DNA from: Eledone cirrhosa
Lineage: Eukaryota
Direction of reading: 5' to 3'
Assembly: GCA_964016885.1 (NCBI GenBank)
Contig: OZ024759.1
Location: 24,242,001-24,306,000 of the forward strand
DNA: 64,000 bases
Part shown: positions 41,145-56,100 of the stretch, one piece after another
How the letters are laid out: each line of letters opens with the position of its first letter
How positions within the stretch are numbered: position 1 is the stretch's first letter
The notes under the pieces: generated by a model
Database searches by the model: none
What the model was told of the DNA's origin: nothing
What the model saw: only the letters and a program-made list of their open reading frames with translations
Position numbers and translations under genes: made by a program

Positions 41145-44100
41145 TCTCTATTTTACTTTTAACGGAAAACACCATGCTGTCTGGCTATCTCTCTCCCAAT
41201 ATACCTCATACTCTCTACCTCTTTTTGAGTAATCCCTTGCTTGTCTTTCAAGCAAGTTGGTCTTTACTCCTATGGACGTATATACCTTTACACTATCTCA
41301 TAACCATTCCTATATTCGTCTTTCCAAAACATGTGCTTTAACACTTTGAGCCCAGTTTACTTCGATATATCCCTATATATCTCTATTTTCCTTTTAACGG
41401 AAAACACCTTGCTGTCTGGCTATCTCTCTCCCAATCTACCTCATACTCTCTACCTCTTTTTGAGTAACCCTTGCTTGTCTTTCAAGCAAGTTGGTCTTTA
41501 CTCCTATGGACGTATAAACCTTTACACTATCTCATAACCATTCCTATATTCATCTTTCCAAGTCATGTGCTTTCACATTTTGAGCCCAGTTTACTTCGAT
41601 ATATCCCTATATATCTCTATTTTCCTTTTAACGGAAAACACCATGCTGTCTGGCTATCTCTCTCCCAATCTACCTCATACTCTCTACCTCTTTTTGAGTA
41701 ATCCCTTGCTTGTCTTTCAAGCAAGTTGGTCTTTACTCCTATGGACGTATAAACCTTTACACTATCTCATAACCATTCCTATATTCGTCTTTCCAAGTCA
41801 TGTGCTTTCACACTTTGAGCCCAGTTTACTTCGATATATCTCTATATATCTCTATTTTCCTTTTAACGGAAAACACCATGCTGTCTGGCTATCTCTCTCC
41901 CAATCTACCTCATACTCTCTACCTCTTTTTGAGTAATCCCTTGCTTGTCTTTCAAGCAAGTTGGTCTTTACTCCTATGGACGTATAAACCTTTACACTAT
42001 CTCATAACCATTCCTATATTCGTCTTTCCAAAACATGTGCTTTAACACTTTGAGCCCAGTTTACTTCGATATATCCCTATATATCTCTATTTTCCTTTTA
42101 ACGGAAAACACCATGCTGTCTGGCTCACTCTCTCCCTTAGCTACCTCATGCGATCTATCTCTTTTTGAGTAATCCCTTGCTTGTCTTTCAAGCAAGTTGG
42201 TCTTTACTCCTATGGACGTATAAACCTTTACACTATCTCATAACCATTCCTATATTCGTCTTTCCAAGTCATGTGCTTTCACACTTTGAGCCCAGTTTAT
42301 TTCGATATATCTCTATATATCTCTATCTTCCTTTTAACGGAAAGCACCATGCTGTCTGGCTATCTCTCACCGAATCTACCTCATACTCTCTACCTCTTTT
42401 TGAGTAATCCCTTGCTTGTCTTTCAAGCAAGTTGGTCTTTACTCCTATGGACGTATAAACCTTTACACTATCTCATAACCATTCCTATATTCGTCTTTCC
42501 AAGTCATGTGCTTTCACACTTTGAGCCCAGTTTACTTCGATATATCCCTATATATCTCTATTTTCCTTTTAACGGAAAACACCATGCTGTCTGGCTATCT
42601 CTCTCCCAATCTACCTCATACTCTCTACCTCTTTTTGAGTAATCCCTTGCTTGTCTTTCAAGCAAGTTGGTCTTTACTCCTATGGACGTATATACCTTTA
42701 CACTATCTCATAACCATTCCTATATTCGTCTTTCCAAAACATGTGCTTTAACACTTTGAGCCCAGTTTACTTCGATATATCCCTATATATCTCTATTTTC
42801 CTTTTAACGGAAAACACCATGCTGTCTGGCTCTCTCTCTCCCTTATCTACCTCATGCGATCTACCTCTTTTTGAGTAATCCCTTGCTTGTCTTTCAAGCA
42901 AGTTGGTCTTTACTCCCATGGACGTATAAACCTTTACACTATCTCATAACCATTCCCATATTCGTCTTTCCAAGTCATGTGCTTTAACACTTTGAGCCCG
43001 GTTTACTTCGATATATCTCTATATATCTCTATTTTCCTTTTAACGGAAAACACCATGCTGTCTGGCTATCTCTCTCCCAATCTACCTCATACTCTCTACC
43101 TCTTTTTGAGTAATCCCTTGCTTGTCTTTCAAGCAAGTTGGTCTTTACTCCTATGGACGTATAAACCTTTACACTATCTCATAACCATTCCTATATTCGT
43201 CTTTCCAAGTCATGTGCTTTCACACTTTGAGCCCAGTTTACTTCGATATATCTCTATATATCTCTATTTTCCTTTTAACGGAAAACACCATGCTGTCTGG
43301 CTATCTCTCTCCCAATCTACCTCATACTCTCTACCTCTTTTTGAGTAATCCCTTGCTTGTCTTTCAAGCAAGTTGGTCTTTACTCCTATGGACGTATAAA
43401 CCTTTACACTATCTCATAACCATTCCTATATTCGTCTTTCCAAGTCATGTGCTTTCACACTTTGAGCCCAGTTTACTTCGATATATCTCTATATAGCTCT
43501 ATCTTCCTTTTAACGGAAAACACCATGCTGTCTGGCTATCTCTCACCCAATCTACCTCATACTCTCTACCTCTTTTTGAGTAATCCCTTGCTTGTCTTTC
43601 AAGCAAGTTGGTCTTTACTCCTATGGACGTATATACCTTTACACTATCTCATAACCATTCCTATATTCGTCTTTCCAAAACATGTGCTTTAACACTTTGA
43701 GCCCAGTTTACTTCGATATATCCCTATATATCTCTATTTTCCTTTTAACGGAAAACACCTTGCTGTCTGGCTATCTCTCTCCCAATCTACCTCATACTCT
43801 CTACCTCTTTTTGAGTAACCCTTGCTTGTCTTTCAAGCAAGTTGGTCTTTACTCCTATGGACGTATAAACCTTTACACTATCTCATAACCATTCCTATAT
43901 TCATCTTTCCAAGTCATGTGCTTTCACATTTTGAGCCCAGTTTACTTCGATATATCCCTATATATCTCTATTTTCCTTTTAACGGAAAACACCATGCTGT
44001 CTGGCTATCTCTCTCCCAATCTACCTCATACTCTCTACCTCTTTTTGAGTAATCCCTTGCTTGTCTTTCAAGCAAGTTGGTCTTTACTCCTATGGACGTA

Positions 44101-47100
44101 TAAACCTTTACACTATCTCATAACCATTCCTATATTCGTCTTTCCAAGTCATGTGCTTTCACACTTTGAGCCCAGTTTACTTCGATATATCTCTATATAT
44201 CTCTATTTTCCTTTTAACGGAAAACACCATGCTGTCTGGCTATCTCTCTCCCAATCTACCTCATACTCTCTACCTCTTTTTGAGTAATCCCTTGCTTGTC
44301 TTTCAAGCAAGTTGGTCTTTACTCCTATGGACGTATAAACCTTTACACTATCTCATAACCATTCCTATATTCGTCTTTCCAAAACATGTGCTTTAACACT
44401 TTGAGCCCAGTTTACTTCGATATATCCCTATATATCTCTATTTTCCTTTTAACGGAAAACACCATGCTGTCTGGCTCACTCTCTCCCTTAGCTACCTCAT
44501 GCGATCTATCTCTTTTTGAGTAATCCCTTGCTTGTCTTTCAAGCAAGTTTGTCTTTACTCCTATGGACGTATAAACCTTTACACTATCTCATAACCATTC
44601 CTATATTCGTCTTTCCAAGTCATGTGCTTTCACACTTTGAGCCCAGTTTACTTCGATATATCTCTATATATCTCTATCTTCCTTTTAACGGAAAGCACCA
44701 TGCTGTCTGGCTATCTCTCACCGAATCTACCTCATACTCTCTACCTCTTTTTGAGTAATCCCTTGCTTGTCTTTCAAGCAAGTTGGTCTTTACTCCTATG
44801 GACGTATAAACCTTTACACTATCTCATAACCATTCCTATATTCGTCTTTCCAAGTCATGTGCTTTCACACTTTGAGCCCAGTTTACTTCGATATATCCCT
44901 ATATATCTCTATTTTCCTTTTAACGGAAAACACCATGCTGTCTGGCTATCTCTCTCCCAATCTACCTCATACTCTCTACCTCTTTTTGAGTAATCCCTTG
45001 CTTGTCTTTCAAGCAAGTTGGTCTTTACTCCTATGGACGTATATACCTTTACACTATCTCATAACCATTCCTATATTCGTCTTTCCAAAACATGTGCTTT
45101 AACACTTTGAGCCCAGTTTACTTCGATATATCCCTATATATCTCTATTTTCCTTTTAACGGAAAACACCATGCTGTCTGGCTCTCTCTCTCCCTTATCTA
45201 CCTCATGCGATCTACCTCTTTTTGAGTAATCCCTTGCTTGTCTTTCAAGCAAGTTGGTCTTTACTCCCATGGACGTATAAACCTTTACACTATCTCATAA
45301 CCATTCCTATATTCGTCTTTCCAAGTCATGTGCTTTGACACTTTGAGCCCAGTTTACTTCGATATATCTCTATATATCTCTATCTTCCTTTTAACGGAAA
45401 GCACCATGCTGTCTGGCTATCTCTCACCGAATCTACCTCATACTCTCTACCTCTTTTTGAGTAATCCCTTGCTTGTCTTTCAAGCAAGTTGGTCTTTACT
45501 CCTATGGACGTATAAACCTTTACACTATCTCATAACCATTCCTATATTCGTCTTTCCAAGTCATGTGCTTTCACACTTTGAGCCCAGTTTACTTCGATAT
45601 ATCCCTATATATCTCTATTTTCCTTTTAACGGAAAACACCATGCTGTCTGGCTATCTCTCTCCCAATCTACCTCATACTCTCTACCTCTTTTTGAGTAAT
45701 CCCTTGCTTGTCTTTCAAGCAAGTTGGTCTTTACTCCTATGGACGTATATACCTTTACACTATCTCATAACCATTCCTATATTCGTCTTTCCAAAACATG
45801 TGCTTTAACACTTTGAGCCCAGTTTACTTCGATATATCCCTATATATCTCTATTTTCCTTTTAACGGAAAACACCATGCTGTCTGGCTCTCTCTCTCCCT
45901 TATCTACCTCATGCGATCTACCTCTTTTTGAGTAATCCCTTGCTTGTCTTTCAAGCAAGTTGGTCTTTACTCCCATGGACGTATAAACCTTTACACTATC
46001 TCATAACCATTCCCATATTCGTCTTTCCAAGTCATGTGCTTTAACACTTTGAGCCCGGTTTACTTCGATATATCTCTATATATCTCTATTTTCCTTTTAA
46101 CGGAAAACACCATGCTGTCTGGCTATCTCTCTCCCAATCTACCTCATACTCTCTACCTCTTTTTGAGTAATCCCTTGCTTGTCTTTCAAGCAAGTTGGTC
46201 TTTACTCCTATGGACGTATAAACCTTTACACTATCTCATAACCATTCCTATATTCGTCTTTCCAAGTCATGTGCTTTCACACTTTGAGCCCAGTTTACTT
46301 CGATATATCTCTATATATCTCTATTTTCCTTTTAACGGAAAACACCATGCTGTCTGGCTATCTCTCTCCCAATCTACCTCATACTCTCTACCTCTTTTTG
46401 AGTAATCCCTTGCTTGTCTTTCAAGCAAGTTGGTCTTTACTCCTATGGACGTATAAACCTTTACACTATCTCATAACCATTCCTATATTCGTCTTTCCAA
46501 GTCATGTGCTTTCACACTTTGAGCCCAGTTTACTTCGATATATCTCTATATAGCTCTATCTTCCTTTTAACGGAAAACACCATGCTGTCTGGCTATCTCT
46601 CACCCAATCTACCTCATACTCTCTACCTCTTTTTGAGTAATCCCTTGCTTGTCTTTCAAGCAAGTTGGTCTTTACTCCTATGGACGTATATACCTTTACA
46701 CTATCTCATAACCATTCCTATATTCGTCTTTCCAAAACATGTGCTTTAACACTTTGAGCCCAGTTTACTTCGATATATCTCTATATATCTCTATCTTCCT
46801 TTTAACGGAAAGCACCATGCTGTCTGGCTATCTCTCACCGAATCTACCTCATACTCTCTACCTCTTTTTGAGTAATCCCTTGCTTGTCTTTCAAGCAAGT
46901 TGGTCTTTACTCCTATGGACGTATAAACCTTTACACTATCTCATAACCATTCCTATATTCGTCTTTCCAAGTCATGTGCTTTCACACTTTGAGCCCAGTT
47001 TACTTCGATATATCCCTATATATCTCTATTTTCCTTTTAACGGAAAACACCATGCTGTCTGGCTATCTCTCTCCCAATCTACCTCATACTCTCTACCTCT

Positions 47101-50100
47101 TTTTGAGTAATCCCTTGCTTGTCTTTCAAGCAAGTTGGTCTTTACTCCTATGGACGTATATACCTTTACACTATCTCATAACCATTCCTATATTCGTCTT
47201 TCCAAAACATGTGCTTTAACACTTTGAGCCCAGTTTACTTCGATATATCCCTATATATCTCTATTTTCCTTTTAACGGAAAACACCATGCTGTCTGGCTC
47301 TCTCTCTCCCTTATCTACCTCATGCGATCTACCTCTTTTTGAGTAATCCCTTGCTTGTCTTTCAAGCAAGTTGGTCTTTACTCCCATGGACGTATAAACC
47401 TTTACACTATCTCATAACCATTCCTATATTCGTCTTTCCAAGTCATGTGCTTTCACACTTTGAGCCCAGTTTACTTCGATATATCCCTATATATCTCTAT
47501 TTTCCTTTTAACGGAAAACACCATGCTGTCTGGCTATCTCTCTCCCAATCTACCTCATACTCTCTACCTCTTTTTGAGTAATCCCTTGCTTGTCTTTCAA
47601 GCAAGTTGGTCTTTACTCCTATGGACGTATATACCTTTACACTATCTCATAACCATTCCTATATTCGTCTTTCCAAAACATGTGCTTTAACACTTTGAGC
47701 CCAGTTTACTTCGATATATCCCTATATATCTCTATTTTCCTTTTAACGGAAAACACCATGCTGTCTGGCTCTCTCTCTCCCTTATCTACCTCATGCGATC
47801 TACCTCTTTTTGAGTAATCCCTTGCTTGTCTTTCAAGCAAGTTGGTCTTTACTCCCATGGACGTATAAACCTTTACACTATCTCATAACCATTCCCATAT
47901 TCGTCTTTCCAAGTCATGTGCTTTAACACTTTGAGCCCGGTTTACTTCGATATATCTCTATATATCTCTATTTTCCTTTTAACGGAAAACACCATGCTGT
48001 CTGGCTATCTCTCTCCCAATCTACCTCATACTCTCTACCTCTTTTTGAGTAATCCCTTGCTTGTCTTTCAAGCAAGTTGGTCTTTACTCCTATGGACGTA
48101 TAAACCTTTACACTATCTCATAACCATTCCTATATTCGTCTTTCCAAGTCATGTGCTTTCACACTTTGAGCCCAGTTTACTTCGATATATCTCTATATAT
48201 CTCTATTTTCCTTTTAACGGAAAACACCATGCTGTCTGGCTATCTCTCTCCCAATCTACCTCATACTCTCTACCTCTTTTTGAGTAATCCCTTGCTTGTC
48301 TTTCAAGCAAGTTGGTCTTTACTCCTATGGACGTATAAACCTTTACACTATCTCATAACCATTCCTATATTCGTCTTTCCAAGTCATGTGCTTTCACACT
48401 TTGAGCCCAGTTTACTTCGATATATCTCTATATAGCTCTATCTTCCTTTTAACGGAAAACACCATGCTGTCTGGCTATCTCTCACCCAATCTACCTCATA
48501 CTCTCTACCTATTTTTGAGTAATCCCTTGCTTGTCTTTCAAGCAAGTTGGTCTTTACTCCTATGGACGTATATACCTTTACACTATCTCATAACCATTCC
48601 TATATTCGTCTTTCCAAAACATGTGCTTTAACACTTTGAGCCCAGTTTACTTCGATATATCCCTATATATCTCTATTTTCCTTTTAACGGAAAACACCTT
48701 GCTGTCTGGCTATCTCTCTCCCAATCTACCTCATACTCTCTACCTCTTTTTGAGCAACCCTTGCTTGTCTTTCAAGCAAGTTGGTCTTTACTCCTATGGA
48801 CGTATAAACCTTTACACTATCTCATAACCATTCCTATATTCATCTTTCCAAGTCATGTGCTTTCACATTTTGAGCCCAGTTTACTTCGATATATCCCTAT
48901 ATATCTCTATTTTCCTTTTAACGGAAAACACCATGCTGTCTGGCTATCTCTCTCCCAATCTACCTCATACTCTCTACCTCTTTTTGAGTAATCCCTTGCT
49001 TGTCTTTCAAGCAAGTTGGTCTTTACTCCTATGGACGTATAAACCTTTACACTATCTCATAACCATTCCTATATTCGTCTTTCCAAGTCATGTGCTTTCA
49101 CACTTTGAGCCCAGTTTACTTCGATATATCTCTATATATCTCTATTTTCCTTTTAACGGAAAACACCATGCTGTCTGGCTATCTCTCTCCCAATCTACCT
49201 CATACTCTCTACCTCTTTTTGAGTAATCCCTTGCTTGTCTTTCAAGCAAGTTGGTCTTTACTCCTATGGACGTATAAACCTTTACACTATCTCATAACCA
49301 TTCCTATATTCGTCTTTCCAAGTCATGTGCTTTGACACTTTGAGCCCAGTTTACTTCGATATATCTCTATATATCTCTATCTTCCTTTTAACGGAAAGCA
49401 CCATGCTGTCTGGCTATCTCTCACCGAATCTACCTCATACTCTCTACCTCTTTTTGAGTAATCCCTTGCTTGTCTTTCAAGCAAGTTGGTCTTTACTCCT
49501 ATGGACGTATAAACCTTTACACTATCTCATAACCATTCCTATATTCGTCTTTCCAAGTCATGTGCTTTCACACTTTGAGCCCAGTTTACTTCGATATATC
49601 CCTATATATCTCTATTTTCCTTTTAACGGAAAACACCATGCTGTCTGGCTATCTCTCTCCCAATCTACCTCATACTCTCTACCTCTTTTTGAGTAATCCC
49701 TTGCTTGTCTTTCAAGCAAGTTGGTCTTTACTCCTATGGACGTATATACCTTTACACTATCTCATAACCATTCCTATATTCGTCTTTCCAAAACATGTGC
49801 TTTAACACTTTGAGCCCAGTTTACTTCGATATATCCCTATATATCTCTATTTTCCTTTTAACGGAAAACACCATGCTGTCTGGCTCTCTCTCTCCCTTAT
49901 CTACCTCATGCGATCTACCTCTTTTTGAGTAATCCCTTGCTTGTCTTTCAAGCAAGTTGGTCTTTACTCCCATGGACGTATAAACCTTTACACTATCTCA
50001 TAACCATTCCCATATTCGTCTTTCCAAGTCATGTGCTTTAACACTTTGAGCCCGGTTTACTTCGATATATCTCTATATATCTCTATTTTCCTTTTAACGG

Positions 50101-53100
50101 AAAACACCATGCTGTCTGGCTATCTCTCTCCCAATCTACCTCATACTCTCTACCTCTTTTTGAGTAATCCCTTGCTTGTCTTTCAAGCAAGTTGGTCTTT
50201 ACTCCTATGGACGTATAAACCTTTACACTATCTCATAACCATTCCTATATTCGTCTTTCCAAGTCATGTGCTTTCACACTTTGAGCACAGTTTACTTCGA
50301 TATATCTCTATATATCACTATTTTCCTTTTAACGGAAAACACCATGCTGTCTGGCTATCTCTCTCCCAATCTACCTCATACTCTCTACCTCTTTTTGAGT
50401 AATCCCTTGCTTGTCTTTCAAGCAAGTTGGTCTTTACTCCTATGGACGTATAAACCTTTACACTATCTCATAACCATTCCTATATTCGTCTTTCCAAGTC
50501 ATGTGCTTTCACACTTTGAGCCCAGTTTACTTCGATATATCTCTATATAGCTCTATCTTCCTTTTAACGGAAAACACCATGCTGTCTGGCTATCTCTCAC
50601 CCAATCTACCTCATACTCTCTACCTCTTTTTGAGTAATCCCTTGCTTGTCTTTCAAGCAAGTTGGTCTTTACTCCTATGGACGTATATACCTTTACACTA
50701 TCTCATAACCATTCCTATATTCGTCTTTCCAAAACATGTGCTTTAACACTTTGAGCCCAGTTTACTTCGATATATCTCTATATATCTCTATTTTCCTTTT
50801 AACGGAAAACACCATGCTGTCTGGCTATCTCTCTCCCAATCTACCTCATACTCTCTACCTCTTTTTGAGTAATCCCTTGCTTGTCTTTCAAGCAAGTTGG
50901 TCTTTACTCCTATGGACGTATAAACCTTTACACTATCTCATAACCATTCCTATATTCGTCTTTCCAAGTCATGTGCTTTGACACTTTGAGCCCAGTTTAC
51001 TTCGATATATCTCTATATATCTCTATCTTCCTTTTAACGGAAAGCACCATGCTGTCTGGCTATCTCTCACCGAATCTACCTCATACTCTCTACCTCTTTT
51101 TGAGTAATCCCTTGCTTGTCTTTCAAGCAAGTTGGTCTTTACTCCTATGGACGTATAAACCTTTACACTATCTCATAACCATTCCTATATTCGTCTTTCC
51201 AAGTCATGTGCTTTCACACTTTGAGCCCAGTTTACTTCGATATATCCCTATATATCTCTATTTTCCTTTTAACGGAAAACACCATGCTGTCTGGCTATCT
51301 CTCTCCCAATCTACCTCATACTCTCTACCTCTTTTTGAGTAATCCCTTGCTTGTCTTTCAAGCAAGTTGGTCTTTACTCCTATGGACGTATATACCTTTA
51401 CACTATCTCATAACCATTCCTATATTCGTCTTTCCAAAACATGTGCTTTAACACTTTGAGCCCAGTTTACTTCGATATATCCCTATATATCTCTATTTTC
51501 CTTTTAACGGAAAACACCATGCTGTCTGGCTCTCTCTCTCCCTTATCTACCTCATGCGATCTACCTCTTTTTGAGTAATCCCTTGCTTGTCTTTCAAGCA
51601 AGTTGGTCTTTACTCCCATGGACGTATAAACCTTTACACTATCTCATAACCATTCCCATATTCGTCTTTCCAAGTCATGTGCTTTAACACTTTGAGCCCG
51701 GTTTACTTCGATATATCTCTATATATCTCTATTTTCCTTTTAACGGAAAACACCATGCTGTCTGGCTATCTCTCTCCCAATCTACCTCATACTCTCTACC
51801 TCTTTTTGAGTAATCCCTTGCTTGTCTTTCAAGCAAGTTGGTCTTTACTCCTATGGACGTATAAACCTTTACACTATCTCATAACCATTCCTATATTCGT
51901 CTTTCCAAGTCATGTGCTTTCACACTTTGAGCACAGTTTACTTCGATATATCTCTATATATCACTATTTTCCTTTTAACGGAAAACACCATGCTGTCTGG
52001 CTATCTCTCTCCCAATCTACCTCATACTCTCTACCTCTTTTTGAGTAATCCCTTGCTTGTCTTTCAAGCAAGTTGGTCTTTACTCCTATGGACGTATAAA
52101 CCTTTACACTATCTCATAACCATTCCTATATTCGTCTTTCCAAGTCATGTGCTTTCACACTTTGAGCCCAGTTTACTTCGATATATCTCTATATAGCTCT
52201 ATCTTCCTTTTAACGGAAAACACCATGCTGTCTGGCTATCTCTCACCCAATCTACCTCATACTCTCTACCTCTTTTTGAGTAATCCCTTGCTTGTCTTTC
52301 AAGCAAGTTGGTCTTTACTCCTATGGACGTATATACCTTTACACTATCTCATAACCATTCCTATATTCGTCTTTCCAAAACATGTGCTTTAACACTTTGA
52401 GCCCAGTTTACTTCGATATATCTCTATATATCTCTATCTTCCTTTTAACGGAAAGCACCATGCTGTCTGGCTATCTCTCACCGAATCTACCTCATACTCT
52501 CTACCTCTTTTTGAGTAATCCCTTGCTTGTCTTTCAAGCAAGTTGGTCTTTACTCCTATGGACGTATAAACCTTTACACTATCTCATAACCATTCCTATA
52601 TTCGTCTTTCCAAGTCATGTGCTTTCACACTTTGAGCCCAGTTTACTTCGATATATCCCTATATATCTCTATTTTCCTTTTAACGGAAAACACCATGCTG
52701 TCTGGCTATCTCTCTCCCAATCTACCTCATACTCTCTACCTCTTTTTGAGTAATCCCTTGCTTGTCTTTCAAGCAAGTTGGTCTTTACTCCTATGGACGT
52801 ATATACCTTTACACTATCTCATAACCATTCCTATATTCGTCTTTCCAAAACATGTGCTTTAACACTTTGAGCCCAGTTTACTTCGATATATCCCTATATA
52901 TCTCTATTTTCCTTTTAACGGAAAACACCATGCTGTCTGGCTCTCTCTCTCCCTTATCTACCTCATGCGATCTACCTCTTTTTGAGTAATCCCTTGCTTG
53001 TCTTTCAAGCAAGTTGGTCTTTACTCCCATGGACGTATAAACCTTTACACTATCTCATAACCATTCCTATATTCGTCTTTCCAAGTCATGTGCTTTCACA

Positions 53101-56100
53101 CTTTGAGCCCAGTTTACTTCGATATATCCCTATATATCTCTATTTTCCTTTTAACGGAAAACACCATGCTGTCTGGCTATCTCTCTCCCAATCTACCTCA
53201 TACTCTCTACCTCTTTTTGAGTAATCCCTTGCTTGTCTTTCAAGCAAGTTGGTCTTTACTCCTATGGACGTATATACCTTTACACTATCTCATAACCATT
53301 CCTATATTCGTCTTTCCAAAACATGTGCTTTAACACTTTGAGCCCAGTTTACTTCGATATATCCCTATATATCTCTATTTTCCTTTTAACGGAAAACACC
53401 ATGCTGTCTGGCTCTCTCTCTCCCTTATCTACCTCATGCGATCTACCTCTTTTTGAGTAATCCCTTGCTTGTCTTTCAAGCAAGTTGGTCTTTACTCCCA
53501 TGGACGTATAAACCTTTACACTATCTCATAACCATTCCCATATTCGTCTTTCCAAGTCATGTGCTTTAACACTTTGAGCCCGGTTTACTTCGATATATCT
53601 CTATATATCTCTATTTTCCTTTTAACGGAAAACACCATGCTGTCTGGCTATCTCTCTCCCAATCTACCTCATACTCTCTACCTCTTTTTGAGTAATCCCT
53701 TGCTTGTCTTTCAAGCAAGTTGGTCTTTACTCCTATGGACGTATAAACCTTTACACTATCTCATAACCATTCCTATATTCGTCTTTCCAAGTCATGTGCT
53801 TTCACACTTTGAGCCCAGTTTACTTCGATATATCTCTATATATCTCTATTTTCCTTTTAACGGAAAACACCATGCTGTCTGGCTATCTCTCTCCCAATCT
53901 ACCTCATACTCTCTACCTCTTTTTGAGTAATCCCTTGCTTGTCTTTCAAGCAAGTTGGTCTTTACTCCTATGGACGTATAAACCTTTACACTATCTCATA
54001 ACCATTCCTATATTCGTCTTTCCAAGTCATGTGCTTTCACACTTTGAGCCCAGTTTACTTCGATATATCTCTATATAGCTCTATCTTCCTTTTAACGGAA
54101 AACACCATGCTGTCTGGCTATCTCTCACCCAATCTACCTCATACTCTCTACCTCTTTTTGAGTAATCCCTTGCTTGTCTTTCAAGCAAGTTGGTCTTTAC
54201 TCCTATGGACGTATATACCTTTACACTATCTCATAACCATTCCTATATTCGTCTTTCCAAAACATGTGCTTTAACACTTTGAGCCCAGTTTACTTCGATA
54301 TATCCCTATATATCTCTATTTTCCTTTTAACGGAAAACACCTTGCTGTCTGGCTATCTCTCTCCCAATCTACCTCATACTCTCTACCTCTTTTTGAGTAA
54401 CCCTTGCTTGTCTTTCAAGCAAGTTGGTCTTTACTCCTATGGACGTATAAACCTTTACACTATCTCATAACCATTCCTATATTCATCTTTCCAAGTCATG
54501 TGCTTTCACATTTTGAGCCCAGTTTACTTCGATATATCCCTATATATCTCTATTTTCCTTTTAACGGAAAACACCATGCTGTCTGGCTATCTCTCTCCCA
54601 ATCTACCTCATACTCTCTACCTCTTTTTGAGTAATCCCTTGCTTGTCTTTCAAGCAAGTTGGTCTTTACTCCTATGGACGTATAAACCTTTACACTATCT
54701 CATAACCATTCCTATATTCGTCTTTCCAAGTCATGTGCTTTCACACTTTGAGCCCAGTTTACTTCGATATATCTCTATATATCTCTATTTTCCTTTTAAC
54801 GGAAAACACCATGCTGTCTGGCTATCTCTCTCCCAATCTACCTCATACTCTCTACCTCTTTTTGAGTAATCCCTTGCTTGTCTTTCAAGCAAGTTGGTCT
54901 TTACTCCTATGGACGTATAAACCTTTACACTATCTCATAACCATTCCTATATTCGTCTTTCCAAAACATGTGCTTTAACACTTTGAGCCCAGTTTACTTC
55001 GATATATCCCTATATATCTCTATTTTCCTTTTAACGGACAACACCATGCTGTCTGGCTCACTCTCTCCCTTAGCTACCTCATGCGATCTATCTCTTTTTG
55101 AGTAATCCCTTGCTTGTCTTTCAAGCAAGTTGGTCTTTACTCCTATGGACGTATAAACCTTTACACTATCTCATAACCATTCCTATATTCGTCTTTCCAA
55201 GTCATGTGCTTTCACACTTTGAGCCCAGTTTACTTCGATATATCTCTATATATCTCTATCTTCCTTTTAACGGAAAGCACCATGCTGTCTGGCTATCTCT
55301 CACCGAATCTACCTCATACTCTCTACCTCTTTTTGAGTAATCCCTTGCTTTTCTTTCAAGCAAGTTGGTCTTTACTCCTATGGACGTATAAACCTTTACA
55401 CTATCTCATAACCATTCCTATATTCGTCTTTCCAAGTCATGTGCTTTCACACTTTGAGCCCAGTTTACTTCGATATATCCCTATATATCTCTATTTTCCT
55501 TTTAACGGAAAACACCATGCTGTCTGGCTATCTCTCTCCCAATCTACCTCATACTCTCTACCTCTTTTTGAGTAATCCCTTGCTTGTCTTTCAAGCAAGT
55601 TGGTCTTTACTCCTATGGACGTATATACCTTTACACTATCTCATAACCATTCCTATATTCGTCTTTCCAAAACATGTGCTTTAACACTTTGAGCCCAGTT
55701 TACTTCGATATATCCCTATATATCTCTATTTTCCTTTTAACGGAAAACACCATGCTGTCTGGCTCTCTCTCTCCCTTATCTACCTCATGCGATCTACCTC
55801 TTTTTGAGTAATCCCTTGCTTGTCTTTCAAGCAAGTTGGTCTTTACTCCCATGGACGTATAAACCTTTACACTATCTCATAACCATTCCCATATTCGTCT
55901 TTCCAAGTCATGTGCTTTAACACTTTGAGCCCGGTTTACTTCGATATATCTCTATATATCTCTATTTTCCTTTTAACGGAAAACACCATGCTGTCTGGCT
56001 ATCTCTCTCCCAATCTACCTCATACTCTCTACCTCTTTTTGAGTAATCCCTTGCTTGTCTTTCAAGCAAGTTGGTCTTTACTCCTATGGACGTATAAACC